Source: an uncultured Pseudomonadales bacterium
GTDB taxonomy: Bacteria > Patescibacteriota > Microgenomatia > UBA1400 > UBA12028
Reading direction: 5' to 3'
DNA: 64,000 bases
Assembly: GCA_964635905.1 (NCBI GenBank)
Contig: CAZWPK010000001.1
Span: forward strand, 4,894 to 68,893
Shown here: positions 37,766 through 46,712 of the stretch, in pieces
Layout of the letters: each line of letters opens with the position of its first letter
Numbering within the stretch: position 1 is the stretch's first letter
Notes under the pieces: model-generated
Seen by the model: only the letters and a program-made list of their open reading frames with translations
Told to the model about the DNA's origin: nothing
The model's database searches: none
Translations under genes and position numbers: made by a program

Positions 37766-39145
37766 ATGGCTACTATTCGTCCGCATGCAGTGGCGTATTG
37801 TGGAGGAGCGTATGGAGATGAAGGGAAGGGCAGAATTGTCGATGAGGTTGTCGCCTCGTTTGTTCGTACGCATCAAGTTATCGTCTATCGCGATAATGGT
37901 GGAGCGAATGCCGGTCATACGGTCGAATTTAAAAATGGGGAACGGATTGCCTTGCACCAATTGCCATCGGGTGTATTCCATGAGGATGTTCACGTCGTTT
38001 TAGGCAAGGGAATGGTCATTCATCCACAAGATCTAATTTCAGAAATTAGCCAGATAATGAAGGCTTGCGGAGGTGTCATTCCGGCAACGATTTTAATCGA
38101 TGAACAAGCAGTCTTGTCCCTTGATACGCATCGAGCCATGGAAGGAGTATTAAAAAACTGGGAAGAAGGAGGGAAAGGTTCAACCGGAAGAGGTATCGCA
38201 CCAGCCTATGTCGATGTGCTCTATCGCCATCCAGTACGAGTTCGCGATTTAGTTCCGTTTAATCGGGAAAAAATAGAAAAACACTATCGTCTCTACGAAG
38301 CATTTGTGCAAGGGTTGGGAGGAGACTTGGCGACTACTCAAGTCCCCCAGCTTACGACGATGACGCCGCAGACCGTAGGCACTCTTTCAACGTTTGTATC
38401 GCGTTTAGAAGAACAGTCACAGCAATTAATTCCGTATGTAAAAGGGCTTAACGAGTTTCTAACAACACAGTGGAACGACCGTAAAACTGCTTGGGTTTTT
38501 GAAAAAGCCCAAGCAATCGGACTAGACATGCGATGGGGAGTATATCCCGATGTCACAGCCTCTGACTGTACGTTTGATGGAATCTATTCGGCCACCGAAG
38601 GGATCATTGATCCCCTAGAAATCGGAGTAAGAGCAGCGGTATTGAAAGGAACCTATATGTCCAGTGTAGGTACCCGCAAGCTTCCCACGGTCATGGAGGA
38701 GGCTCTCGCTAATCGAATTAGAGAAGACGCACATGAATACGGGGCCACTACAAAACGTCCCCGAGGAATAGCCCATTTAGATATTCCTGCGTTGCGATTC
38801 TTTTCTCAAGTTGGTCGCTGTACACATCTGGTTTTAACGCATATGGATATCGTGTATCCCGATACGCCAATCTCAGTCTGTGTACGTTACACCCTGAATG
38901 GAAAAACAGTGCCATATCGACCCGATCAACTTTACTTAAGCTCAATTCAGCCAGAGTATGTTAAGATGGAGACCTGGGATAGTAAAGAAATCGCTTCTGT
39001 AACTAACGCAGAGAAACTGCCAAAAACCGCAAAAGCTTTTATTACCTTTTTAGAAACCCAAGTTGGATTACCAGTAAACCTCATTACGACTGGACCTCGA
39101 AGAGATCAGAGTTTGTCACTACAAAGAGGCAACGCTAGGAGGTAA
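37766..39145 (+). CDS. purA: adenylosuccinate synthetase
   Basis: P-loop GGAYGDEGKGRIVD. GANAGHTV. 459 aa. AAGGAGAA RBS. Confidence 0.85.
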   Translation: MATIRPHAVAYCGGAYGDEGKGRIVDEVVASFVRTHQVIVYRDNGGANAGHTVEFKNGERIALHQLPSGVFHEDVHVVLGKGMVIHPQDLISEISQIMKACGGVIPATILIDEQAVLSLDTHRAMEGVLKNWEEGGKGSTGRGIAPAYVDVLYRHPVRVRDLVPFNREKIEKHYRLYEAFVQGLGGDLATTQVPQLTTMTPQTVGTLSTFVSRLEEQSQQLIPYVKGLNEFLTTQWNDRKTAWVFEKAQAIGLDMRWGVYPDVTASDCTFDGIYSATEGIIDPLEIGVRAAVLKGTYMSSVGTRKLPTVMEEALANRIREDAHEYGATTKRPRGIAHLDIPALRFFSQVGRCTHLVLTHMDIVYPDTPISVCVRYTLNGKTVPYRPDQLYLSSIQPEYVKMETWDSKEIASVTNAEKLPKTAKAFITFLETQVGLPVNLITTGPRRDQSLSLQRGNARR

Positions 39146-39803
39146 GCTTTGTTGGTTTTTTTGAAGCAGATGGTCTTTTTAGGAATAACCCTAACCCCAC
39201 AAGGAGTGCTGGACCAGAGAGTAAGAAAAAGAGTTGAATGGGCAAATGTAGGACTCCATCGGCGAGCAGTGATTTTACAAACTCAAAACCAACGTAGGCC
39301 AGATAGAGCTGGATACAGTTACGCACGGTATAACCTAGCCAGGTCACGATCACAAACGAACGGAAGGGTATTTTTAATACTCCACAAGCTAGAGAGACCA
39401 CTCCGGTTGGAGCGAGGGGAAAAGCACGAAGTCCAAAGATGAGAAGCTCATCTTGAATATGCTCTGAAAATTGGTTCCCAAGGCGTTCTAACTCTCCAGG
39501 CTGAATACCGATGAGGCGACCCCATCTGGTGATGACGAGATCTTCAACCTTGTCAGCGAATACGTAATAGATGACAGCTGCAAGAGTTTTCGCTCCACCA
39601 GCGATCGTTGCCAACACGATTAAATAAAGGATTGGGAAGGGACTGACTGAAAGTTGTGATCCCACAACGGTGGTGACAACCGCAGAAGGAAGTGGTGCGA
39701 TTATTTCCTCAAGGAATGATCCAAGGAAGATAAAGATTGGCAAGGGAACGAATGAGGAAAGTTGAGAAAAGAGATCAAAGACAGTAGTGAGTAGATCTTG
39801 CAT
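39135..39803 (-). CDS. DedA/SNARE-associated family membrane protein
   Basis: 222 aa, multi-TM, with the DedA core shape (FLEEIIAPLPSAVVTT...YVFADKVEDLV). Confidence 0.7.
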   Translation of the reverse strand: MQDLLTTVFDLFSQLSSFVPLPIFIFLGSFLEEIIAPLPSAVVTTVVGSQLSVSPFPILYLIVLATIAGGAKTLAAVIYYVFADKVEDLVITRWGRLIGIQPGELERLGNQFSEHIQDELLIFGLRAFPLAPTGVVSLACGVLKIPFRSFVIVTWLGYTVRNCIQLYLAYVGFEFVKSLLADGVLHLPIQLFFLLSGPALLVGLGLFLKRPSASKKPTKLTS

Positions 39804-39937
39804 GGTAGTGATTTAGTATACCAGAGAAGAGAAATGCCAGTACCAATCTTTTTAATTATCGGATACCCGTAATCTTGCCACTTTCTTACACGGGTGTCAC
39901 GTCGATTAGAAGGTAGCCAAGCTACGATGTCTATACT

Positions 39938-41149
39938 ATGGAAAATATATTTACGATACCCCAAACAACTAAAGTTTTTCCTACGTTGACTGTGCGTAGT
40001 TATCAAGATTTATCGTCACAGCCAATTGTTGTCTTTTCCCATCTTCGTTGGAATTCCGTAACCCAACGTCCGCAACACTTACTGCAGCGCTTGTCCGATC
40101 ATCATCCAATTTTATTTGTTGAAGAACCCATTGAGCATGACGCAAACGATGGGGGTACTGCACTGCTTTCGCAAGTGGAAGAAAACATTACCGTGTTGCA
40201 ACCTCGAATTGGTTGGGACAACATGACTCAAAATCTAGCCCCTATCGTAAAAGCGCAGTGTAGTGCAATGGGAATACAAGATCCCATCTTGTGGTTTTAC
40301 TCTCCCATGTTTATCGATATCGCTGACTGTTTGTCGTATAGCAAAATAGTTTATGACTGTATGGACGAACTCTCTGCATTCTTAGGAGCTCCGCAGTCCT
40401 TGCTTGCAAAAGAAGAAAAATTACTTGCCGTATCGGATGTTGTCTTTACGGGTGGAAAATCACTCTTTGAGTCAAAGCGACAGCGACATAGGAATGTTCA
40501 CTGCTTCCCAAGCTCTGTGGATGAGAAACACTTTAAAAAAGTCTTTAAGTCGTCGACACAAATTCCCGCTGATATCTCAAAAATAAAACCGCCAGTGGTT
40601 GGATTCTATGGCGTGGTCGATGAGCGTCTGGATCTAGCTTTAATCGATCAAATCTCACTCAAACGCCCTGAAGTCTCTTTCGTGATTATTGGCCCTGTTG
40701 TAAAAATTGATCCTTCATCACTCCCTGTACGCAAGAATATTCATTACCTGGGCAAGAAAGAGTATGCAGAGTTGCCCTCGTACTTAAAGGCATTTGATAT
40801 TGCGATGATGCCATTTGCACTCAATGATGCCACACGATTTATCAGTCCGACGAAGACCTTAGAGTATATGGCTGCAAACAAGCCAATTATCTCAACCGCT
40901 ATTTATGATGTGGTACGCGATTATAGCGATGTCGTGACAGTCGTCTCACATGCGGAAGCATTCTCACAAGCAATTACGGATTATTTAGAAGAAACCGAAT
41001 CTCAATGCAGTAAGAGAGAAAAGAAACAAGAAGCGATCATTGCCAACACATCATGGGATAAAACGGCAACTGCCATGCAGGAATTGATCTCTGTGGAATC
41101 AGCAGACGAAAAATCTTTTTCCACCTCTGTGCTGTCGTATACAGCATAA
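39938..41149 (+). CDS. glycosyltransferase family 4 (GT-B fold, retaining), candidate galactofuranosyl/hexosyl transferase
   Basis: C-terminal EX7E region (DIAMMPFALNDATRFISPTKTLEYMAANKPIIS). Adjacent to glf. Confidence 0.7.
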   Translation: MENIFTIPQTTKVFPTLTVRSYQDLSSQPIVVFSHLRWNSVTQRPQHLLQRLSDHHPILFVEEPIEHDANDGGTALLSQVEENITVLQPRIGWDNMTQNLAPIVKAQCSAMGIQDPILWFYSPMFIDIADCLSYSKIVYDCMDELSAFLGAPQSLLAKEEKLLAVSDVVFTGGKSLFESKRQRHRNVHCFPSSVDEKHFKKVFKSSTQIPADISKIKPPVVGFYGVVDERLDLALIDQISLKRPEVSFVIIGPVVKIDPSSLPVRKNIHYLGKKEYAELPSYLKAFDIAMMPFALNDATRFISPTKTLEYMAANKPIISTAIYDVVRDYSDVVTVVSHAEAFSQAITDYLEETESQCSKREKKQEAIIANTSWDKTATAMQELISVESADEKSFSTSVLSYTA

Positions 41150-41203
41150 CGTTTCAGTACAAATCATATAGAAATCTGCACCCTCGATGGTGGAAGGAGC
41201 ATC

Positions 41204-42340
41204 ATGGCCACAGTACCTCAAATTGTTTGTATCGGAGCAGGGATTTCTGGTGCTACGTTAGCAGAACGTTATGCTGCCGTTGGCAAAAAAGTGCTAGTGA
41301 TAGAGAAGCGGGACCATATTGGTGGTAATTGTTACGATTACTACAACGATGATGGCATTCTGGTTTCCAAGTACGGAGCGCATTTATTTCACACCAATGA
41401 TGAAGAAGTATGGGAGTACGTGCAGCGCTTCTCAGAATGGTTTAAATACGAGCACAAAGTATTAGCCAGAGTGGATGGTCAGCTTGTGCCAATTCCAGTC
41501 AACATTACCACGATTAATACTCTCTTTGGATTGTCCATTGAGAATGAAGCAGAGATGGATGCATGGCTTAAGACAAACCAGGTCCATAACGACCACCCAA
41601 AGAACGGGAAAGAAGCTGCTTTAGCCCGGGTGGGGGAAGTGTTGTACGAAAAAATGTTTAAACACTACACGAAGAAACAATGGGATAAATTTCCGGAAGA
41701 GTTAGATGCATCAGTACTCCAACGCATTCCAGTTCGAAACAATTTCGATGATCGATATTTCTCAGACACCTATCAGTTCCTTCCGAAAAATGGCTACACA
41801 AAGCTATTCGAAAAGATGCTCAATCACCCCAATATTGAGGTTCGATTACATACGGATTTCTTTGATGTTAAAGACTCACTTCAAGCAGTGGAAAAGATTT
41901 TTTATACTGGTCCGATTGATCGATACTTTGATTTTAAGTTTTCGTTAGAAGAAAAACTCGAATATCGTTCGATTAATTTTGTCGCAGAAACCCATGACGT
42001 GGATTATTTTCAAGAAAATTCCGTCATCAATTACCCAGGCCCTGAAGTACCCTATACCAGAATTGTCGAATACAAGCATATCACTGGTCAAGTCGTGCCG
42101 AATAAAACTACCATTGTGAAAGAATTCACGGTTGATGATGGAGAACCTTACTATCCTGTTCCCAATGAGCGTAATCAAGCCATCTATGAGAAGTATCGCA
42201 AAGAGACCGAAAAACTGACTAACGTTTTCTTTGTCGGAAGACTCGCAAATTATAAGTACTTTAATATGGATCAAGCGTTTAAGAGTGCGCTAGAGATGTT
42301 CCACTCGTTGTGGGAAAAAGAGGAAGCACAACCCTCTTAG
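41204..42340 (+). CDS. glf: UDP-galactopyranose mutase
   Basis: N-terminal FAD motif IVCIGAGISGATLAERYA...KVLVIEKRDHIGGNCY. HLFHT and downstream conserved blocks. 378 aa. Confidence 0.85.
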   Translation: MATVPQIVCIGAGISGATLAERYAAVGKKVLVIEKRDHIGGNCYDYYNDDGILVSKYGAHLFHTNDEEVWEYVQRFSEWFKYEHKVLARVDGQLVPIPVNITTINTLFGLSIENEAEMDAWLKTNQVHNDHPKNGKEAALARVGEVLYEKMFKHYTKKQWDKFPEELDASVLQRIPVRNNFDDRYFSDTYQFLPKNGYTKLFEKMLNHPNIEVRLHTDFFDVKDSLQAVEKIFYTGPIDRYFDFKFSLEEKLEYRSINFVAETHDVDYFQENSVINYPGPEVPYTRIVEYKHITGQVVPNKTTIVKEFTVDDGEPYYPVPNERNQAIYEKYRKETEKLTNVFFVGRLANYKYFNMDQAFKSALEMFHSLWEKEEAQPS

Positions 42341-42429
42341 CAATCGATACACCATTCCACGACATCCTGATCGTTTAATAATCAGATGTTTGGAATTTAC
42401 AGCTTACCATTGAGAAAAACTGAGGCACT

Positions 42430-43590
42430 ATGTCACAACGATCTTCTCCTTTTCAGTCTTTTATGATCGCCGGCTTTGAATGCACTTCTGCAAAAGCGGA
42501 GAAAGGAAAACGTTTTGATTTGTTAGCCGCAAGTAAGCACGATGACTATTGTCGAATAGACTATCAACTGATCAAAGAACAAGGGATTTCCACTGTTCGT
42601 GAAGGATTATCCTGGTCCCAGATTGATCAAGGCAATGGCCAGTATGATTTTTCTCGATTTATTCCCATGCTTGAGATTGCCAAAGAGGAGGGTATTCAAC
42701 AACTCTGGGATCTCAACCACTTTGATTTTCCGGATTACTTAGACCCGTTTACCGATGAGTTTGCCGTCGCTTACGCAGCGTATGCCAAAGCGTGCGTGCG
42801 ACTACTGCGACCATATAGTGACCATCAATTATTCATTGCACCCTTAAATGAACCATCATTTTTTGCTTGGATGTGTGACAACGGATTATGGGCACCGTAT
42901 GCAAATGGCAGGGGGCCACAATTTAAACATCAGCTTGTCAAAGCGGCAATCGCGGCGATGAATGCCATCTGGGAAATTGATTCAGCTGTTGCGTTTTTAC
43001 ATCCGGATCCGTATATGTATCGCACTCCCATGCGCAAGAAAAATCTTGTGGAACAGGAATTTTGTGACGATTTTAATGCCAACGTTCGCTTCGAATCTTG
43101 GGACTTAATCAGTGGGAAACTTGAACCAGAGATAGGTGGAGCTCCAAAGTATCTTCAGTATTTAGGAATCAATTATTATTTTTATAATCAGCAGATGGTA
43201 AGAATAGATGCAGAGAATCGGTTTGCGTTTCGCTCTCTCTCGTTAACGCATACACGACGATTACCACTCACCACCATTGTGTCGCAGCTTCAGGAGCGTT
43301 ATGGTGCTTCGATTGTGCTCACGGAGACAGGGAGCTATCGTAAGCGACGAGTAACCTGGTGGACATACATTTTAAATGAAGTACAAGCCTGTTTGGATGC
43401 AGGGATACCAATCTTAGGTGTTTGTTCCTATCCGACGCTTGATATTGTTAAAGGAGCGGGATTCATCGTTCCCCAATCGGGACTATGGGATTTTGACTGT
43501 AATGATAAATCATGTCAACGGTACCCCCATGAAGATGCTCTACGGGTTATCCGAGAGTTTAATCGAACACAACTTGCTTCAAGCTCGTAG
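42430..43590 (+). CDS. clan GH-A glycoside hydrolase, GH1-like (divergent, short)
   Basis: Acid/base motif APLNEP, GINYYFYN block, and nucleophile-type LTETGS (compare GH1 I/VTENG). Confidence 0.5.
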   Translation: MSQRSSPFQSFMIAGFECTSAKAEKGKRFDLLAASKHDDYCRIDYQLIKEQGISTVREGLSWSQIDQGNGQYDFSRFIPMLEIAKEEGIQQLWDLNHFDFPDYLDPFTDEFAVAYAAYAKACVRLLRPYSDHQLFIAPLNEPSFFAWMCDNGLWAPYANGRGPQFKHQLVKAAIAAMNAIWEIDSAVAFLHPDPYMYRTPMRKKNLVEQEFCDDFNANVRFESWDLISGKLEPEIGGAPKYLQYLGINYYFYNQQMVRIDAENRFAFRSLSLTHTRRLPLTTIVSQLQERYGASIVLTETGSYRKRRVTWWTYILNEVQACLDAGIPILGVCSYPTLDIVKGAGFIVPQSGLWDFDCNDKSCQRYPHEDALRVIREFNRTQLASSS

Positions 43591-43625
43591 AGCTCACATT
43601 TTTACACAGCACTGTAGCTGAATCT

Positions 43626-44783
43626 CTAGAACGAAAGAGGCTGTTGTGAAATGCGCTGCTGCTTGGGTCGTTGAGGTTTTTGTAGCGGGAAGGTCGTGCT
43701 TCTTGAAAGTACACCGTTGCAATAATCACAGACTTTCTGTAACGAGTGCTGTGCATACACCAGTCTCCACTTTCCCTCTTTTCCGTTGCGCTGTTGTCGA
43801 ATTTCTACCAAGGAATCACCAAGTACAATCATGTCGGAATGTCCGTGCTCTTCATCAGAATTAGCGGGGTAGGGGATGCCTAGAACCGTTGGCTTATCGA
43901 GCAGTGAACGTGACGTTGCCCAGGTTACTCGTTGTTTCATATGCTCGTCTTTTAGAAAGGAGACAAAGATCCATAAGAACAAATTGGGTTCTAATTGGAC
44001 GACTTTGGCTCCTTCGTTTCCCCATTCCGAGCCATCTTCAAAAGGTCGATTATGGAATTCGATCTCGTCTTGGTTGATGACAAGGATTGGTGGTTCCCAC
44101 TTTCCTTTCTTGGCATGTACCGCACGCTTGATCATATACACATCCCCAAACCCCATACGGTTTCCCGTTCGGTATCCGGAAAAGAGGACCACTTCGTAGC
44201 GTGTTCCCTCTAGCTCTACGACAGAAGTCCCTGCATCATAAACTCCTGAAACCTCATAGCCCCATTTTTTTAGCAATGCTTTGTCCACCAATGGTCGTTT
44301 GCTTCGGGTGAAGTGAATTCCATCAGAGGAATATCCACGATAGACAACACATTCGGTATCGGAGTCAAAGCACTCACTTTGGACGTCCATAATAAATAAG
44401 TCTTCTCCATTGCTAAGTGTATGTCGAAGTACTGCAGGGGCGCATACACGGTCTCCTTGGAGATCAATGGAGACGGTTCCAATAAAGTTCCATTCTTTAC
44501 TGTCTAGAGTTTCGGCTTCAAACATTCCCATCTCCCAGCGCTGTTCATCCGATCGTCCCCACGAGACATACATGCGGAACTTTCCATTGGCTAACTGCAC
44601 GATGTTGGGATCCTTGGTCTCTCGTTCTTGCTCACTTTCTTCCATCTTTTTCCCACCAATCATCAGCTGCAGTGCACTTTCTGTGTATCCACGATCAAAC
44701 AGATCCGGATGAATAACGGTCTTTAGTAGATTCATTGAAGCTTCGAGCTGTGGGGAATTTATAGATTCTTGTGACATAGACAC
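43626..44783 (-). CDS. beta-propeller glycoside hydrolase-like protein (GH43/GH130-like fold)
   Basis: 385 aa. N-terminal KDPNIVQL (Asp-Pro catalytic-base-like motif of 5-bladed propeller GHs). Repeated beta-strand-rich blocks. The assignment is tentative. Confidence 0.35.
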   Translation of the reverse strand: MSMSQESINSPQLEASMNLLKTVIHPDLFDRGYTESALQLMIGGKKMEESEQERETKDPNIVQLANGKFRMYVSWGRSDEQRWEMGMFEAETLDSKEWNFIGTVSIDLQGDRVCAPAVLRHTLSNGEDLFIMDVQSECFDSDTECVVYRGYSSDGIHFTRSKRPLVDKALLKKWGYEVSGVYDAGTSVVELEGTRYEVVLFSGYRTGNRMGFGDVYMIKRAVHAKKGKWEPPILVINQDEIEFHNRPFEDGSEWGNEGAKVVQLEPNLFLWIFVSFLKDEHMKQRVTWATSRSLLDKPTVLGIPYPANSDEEHGHSDMIVLGDSLVEIRQQRNGKEGKWRLVYAQHSLQKVCDYCNGVLSRSTTFPLQKPQRPKQQRISQQPLSF

Positions 44784-44865
44784 TACTAAATTAGATTGAA
44801 TTGGGTTGTAGATATAGCAAACATCGACGCGATGAGAAGGGGCAAATTATTAGAAGTCGTGCGAT

Positions 44866-44981
44866 CTATTCTCACAATAGTAATGCATCATTTCTCTATC
44901 TGGAGATTGTGAAAAAACCATGAGAAATGAATTATTATCGGTTCTCACAGTTTTCCTTTTCCTTTGGGTTTATTGTGAGAA
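44866..44981. promoter_or_regulatory. repeated TTCTCACA/TGTGAGAA motifs in a 320-nt divergent intergenic region
   Basis: TTCTCACA at 44869-44876 and 44942-44949. The reverse complement TGTGAGAA is at 44974-44981. The motif ATCTAYTC is also shared with 26738-26747. Confidence 0.25.
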
Positions 44982-45110
44982 ATAGGAAAGAAATCTACTC
45001 AGGGAGGAGCAATGCAAAACGTAGGTAGGGAGTATCGTAAGAATGTAAGGAAATCTTGACTTGCAATCTGAATTTACTCTCTGGTACCCTTGACACTAAG
45101 GAGACCGCCT

Positions 45111-45293
45111 ATGAAATATTGGATTGTTGCCACCTTGACTTTTGGACTATTTTTAGCAGGGTGTTCACGTAATCAGCCGCCTACTCCAATGCCAGCCGAC
45201 GCACCCAGCGCATCGATGACTCCAGAAGAACTGGGAAACCCATCAACACCTGCGGAACAGATACAGCCATCTTCGGAGGAATTGTCGTATTAA
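45111..45293 (+). CDS. small lipoprotein (60 aa)
   Basis: AAGGAG RBS 7 nt upstream. Signal peptide plus lipobox LFLAGC. Pro-rich mature part. Confidence 0.45.
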   Translation: MKYWIVATLTFGLFLAGCSRNQPPTPMPADAPSASMTPEELGNPSTPAEQIQPSSEELSY

Positions 45294-45353
45294 CAAGCGG
45301 CATCACCCTGAGTTGGCCTTGAACTATGGCCAGCATGTTTCTACACTAACTAA

Positions 45354-46697
45354 GTGACCACTTTTACGCATCTTTCCGATCCCAACGTGTGTATTGTTTT
45401 TGCCTACGCTCCAGCAGGCCTAGGGCATCTGCGAGTGAGCTTTGCGCTTCGTCAAGGATTACCAGACGATGTTGATCCCTTATTGTTACCCGACCGGACT
45501 GGATCAGTGAGTTTTTTGCACCGACTCACTAGTACGACTACCATTGGCAAAAAAATATTGGAATGGTCGCAGTATGGGGTGGGAGAAGATCTCTTTACCA
45601 AGCTGTATCGGAAGATGCTTCGATCCGATGCAAAGGAGTTGGAAGAAAAATTATTTGAAATCTACAAACAGCGCGTAACTGTTCCCACCACTCTACTCAT
45701 TGTCTGTACGCACTTTGGAATTGCACATCAAGTTTCTGTCATTAAGAATAGACTCGAAAAACGTGCCAGAGTGAAAATCGTCTTGATCGTACAAGTTACC
45801 GACGATAGTCCGCAAAAGATGTGGTATGTACCTACTGCAGATCGAATTTTTGTCCCCAGTTTGCAAACAAAGAAAGCGTTGCGGCTGTACGCAAAGGGAG
45901 AACGGTTAGCAGACTCTAAGCTCTCTGTAATCCCGTATCCTATAAGTCCGACGTTATGTGAGCCGTTATTACCAGCAGCATGGAAGCACAAGCTTTCCCA
46001 GCTTGATGATCAAGAGACCACTCCCATTACGATTTCAATCCCGATTTCGGGAGCAGGAGTGGGAACAACGTTTGCTTCCTCGCTCATTAAGTCATTACAT
46101 AAAGCTTCAAAACGCTATCACTTCCAAGTGGTGGGTAAACGAACTTGGTACACGGAGTTATTTTTAAAATCTTTAGAATCTAAAGATTATGTGAGTGTCT
46201 ATTCTTCGCATTCAGACCGTCAAATTATCGAACAGTACGAACTGTCCTTTCAGGAAGCCATTATTTCTTTTGAAATAACGAAACCTTCGGAACAAGCATT
46301 TAAGTGTTTGCTTTCTCCCCGTCAGCTTGGGGGAGTGTTGATGCTATTTACAGAGCCAGTTGGTAGACAAGAAGTTGACAACCTCGATTTCTTTCGGCGT
46401 CATGAGCATATCCCGACTCAACTGGAACAAACCCTTCTTTGGGAAGCCTCCCAGAAAGACTGGAAAAGCGCGAAGTCCGAAGTTTTGGAGTTAATCGAAC
46501 GGGCTGACCAGTGGCGAGGAATGAAACTACCTCCAGATCCAGTAGCTTCGAGCAACTTTATCTCCTGGGGGTACCGCCAAGGTTTGTGGAAACGGATGCT
46601 CAAAGCTATCCCTTGTTCGGACAAGAATCAGGAATGTCAGGAAGTAGGAGATATAGGTGTCGCATTATTTTGGGAGCAAATAGAAAAGCAACTCTAA
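45354..46697 (+). CDS. hypothetical protein, possible GT-B glycosyltransferase (MurG/MGDG-synthase-like glycine loop)
   Basis: N-terminal IVFAYAPAGLGHLRV resembles the GGxGGH loop of GT28-type enzymes, and there is a second Gly-rich block ISGAGVGTT mid-protein. There is no other support. Confidence 0.35.
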   Translation: MTTFTHLSDPNVCIVFAYAPAGLGHLRVSFALRQGLPDDVDPLLLPDRTGSVSFLHRLTSTTTIGKKILEWSQYGVGEDLFTKLYRKMLRSDAKELEEKLFEIYKQRVTVPTTLLIVCTHFGIAHQVSVIKNRLEKRARVKIVLIVQVTDDSPQKMWYVPTADRIFVPSLQTKKALRLYAKGERLADSKLSVIPYPISPTLCEPLLPAAWKHKLSQLDDQETTPITISIPISGAGVGTTFASSLIKSLHKASKRYHFQVVGKRTWYTELFLKSLESKDYVSVYSSHSDRQIIEQYELSFQEAIISFEITKPSEQAFKCLLSPRQLGGVLMLFTEPVGRQEVDNLDFFRRHEHIPTQLEQTLLWEASQKDWKSAKSEVLELIERADQWRGMKLPPDPVASSNFISWGYRQGLWKRMLKAIPCSDKNQECQEVGDIGVALFWEQIEKQL

Positions 46698-46712
46698 ATC
46701 CAGTACAAACCT

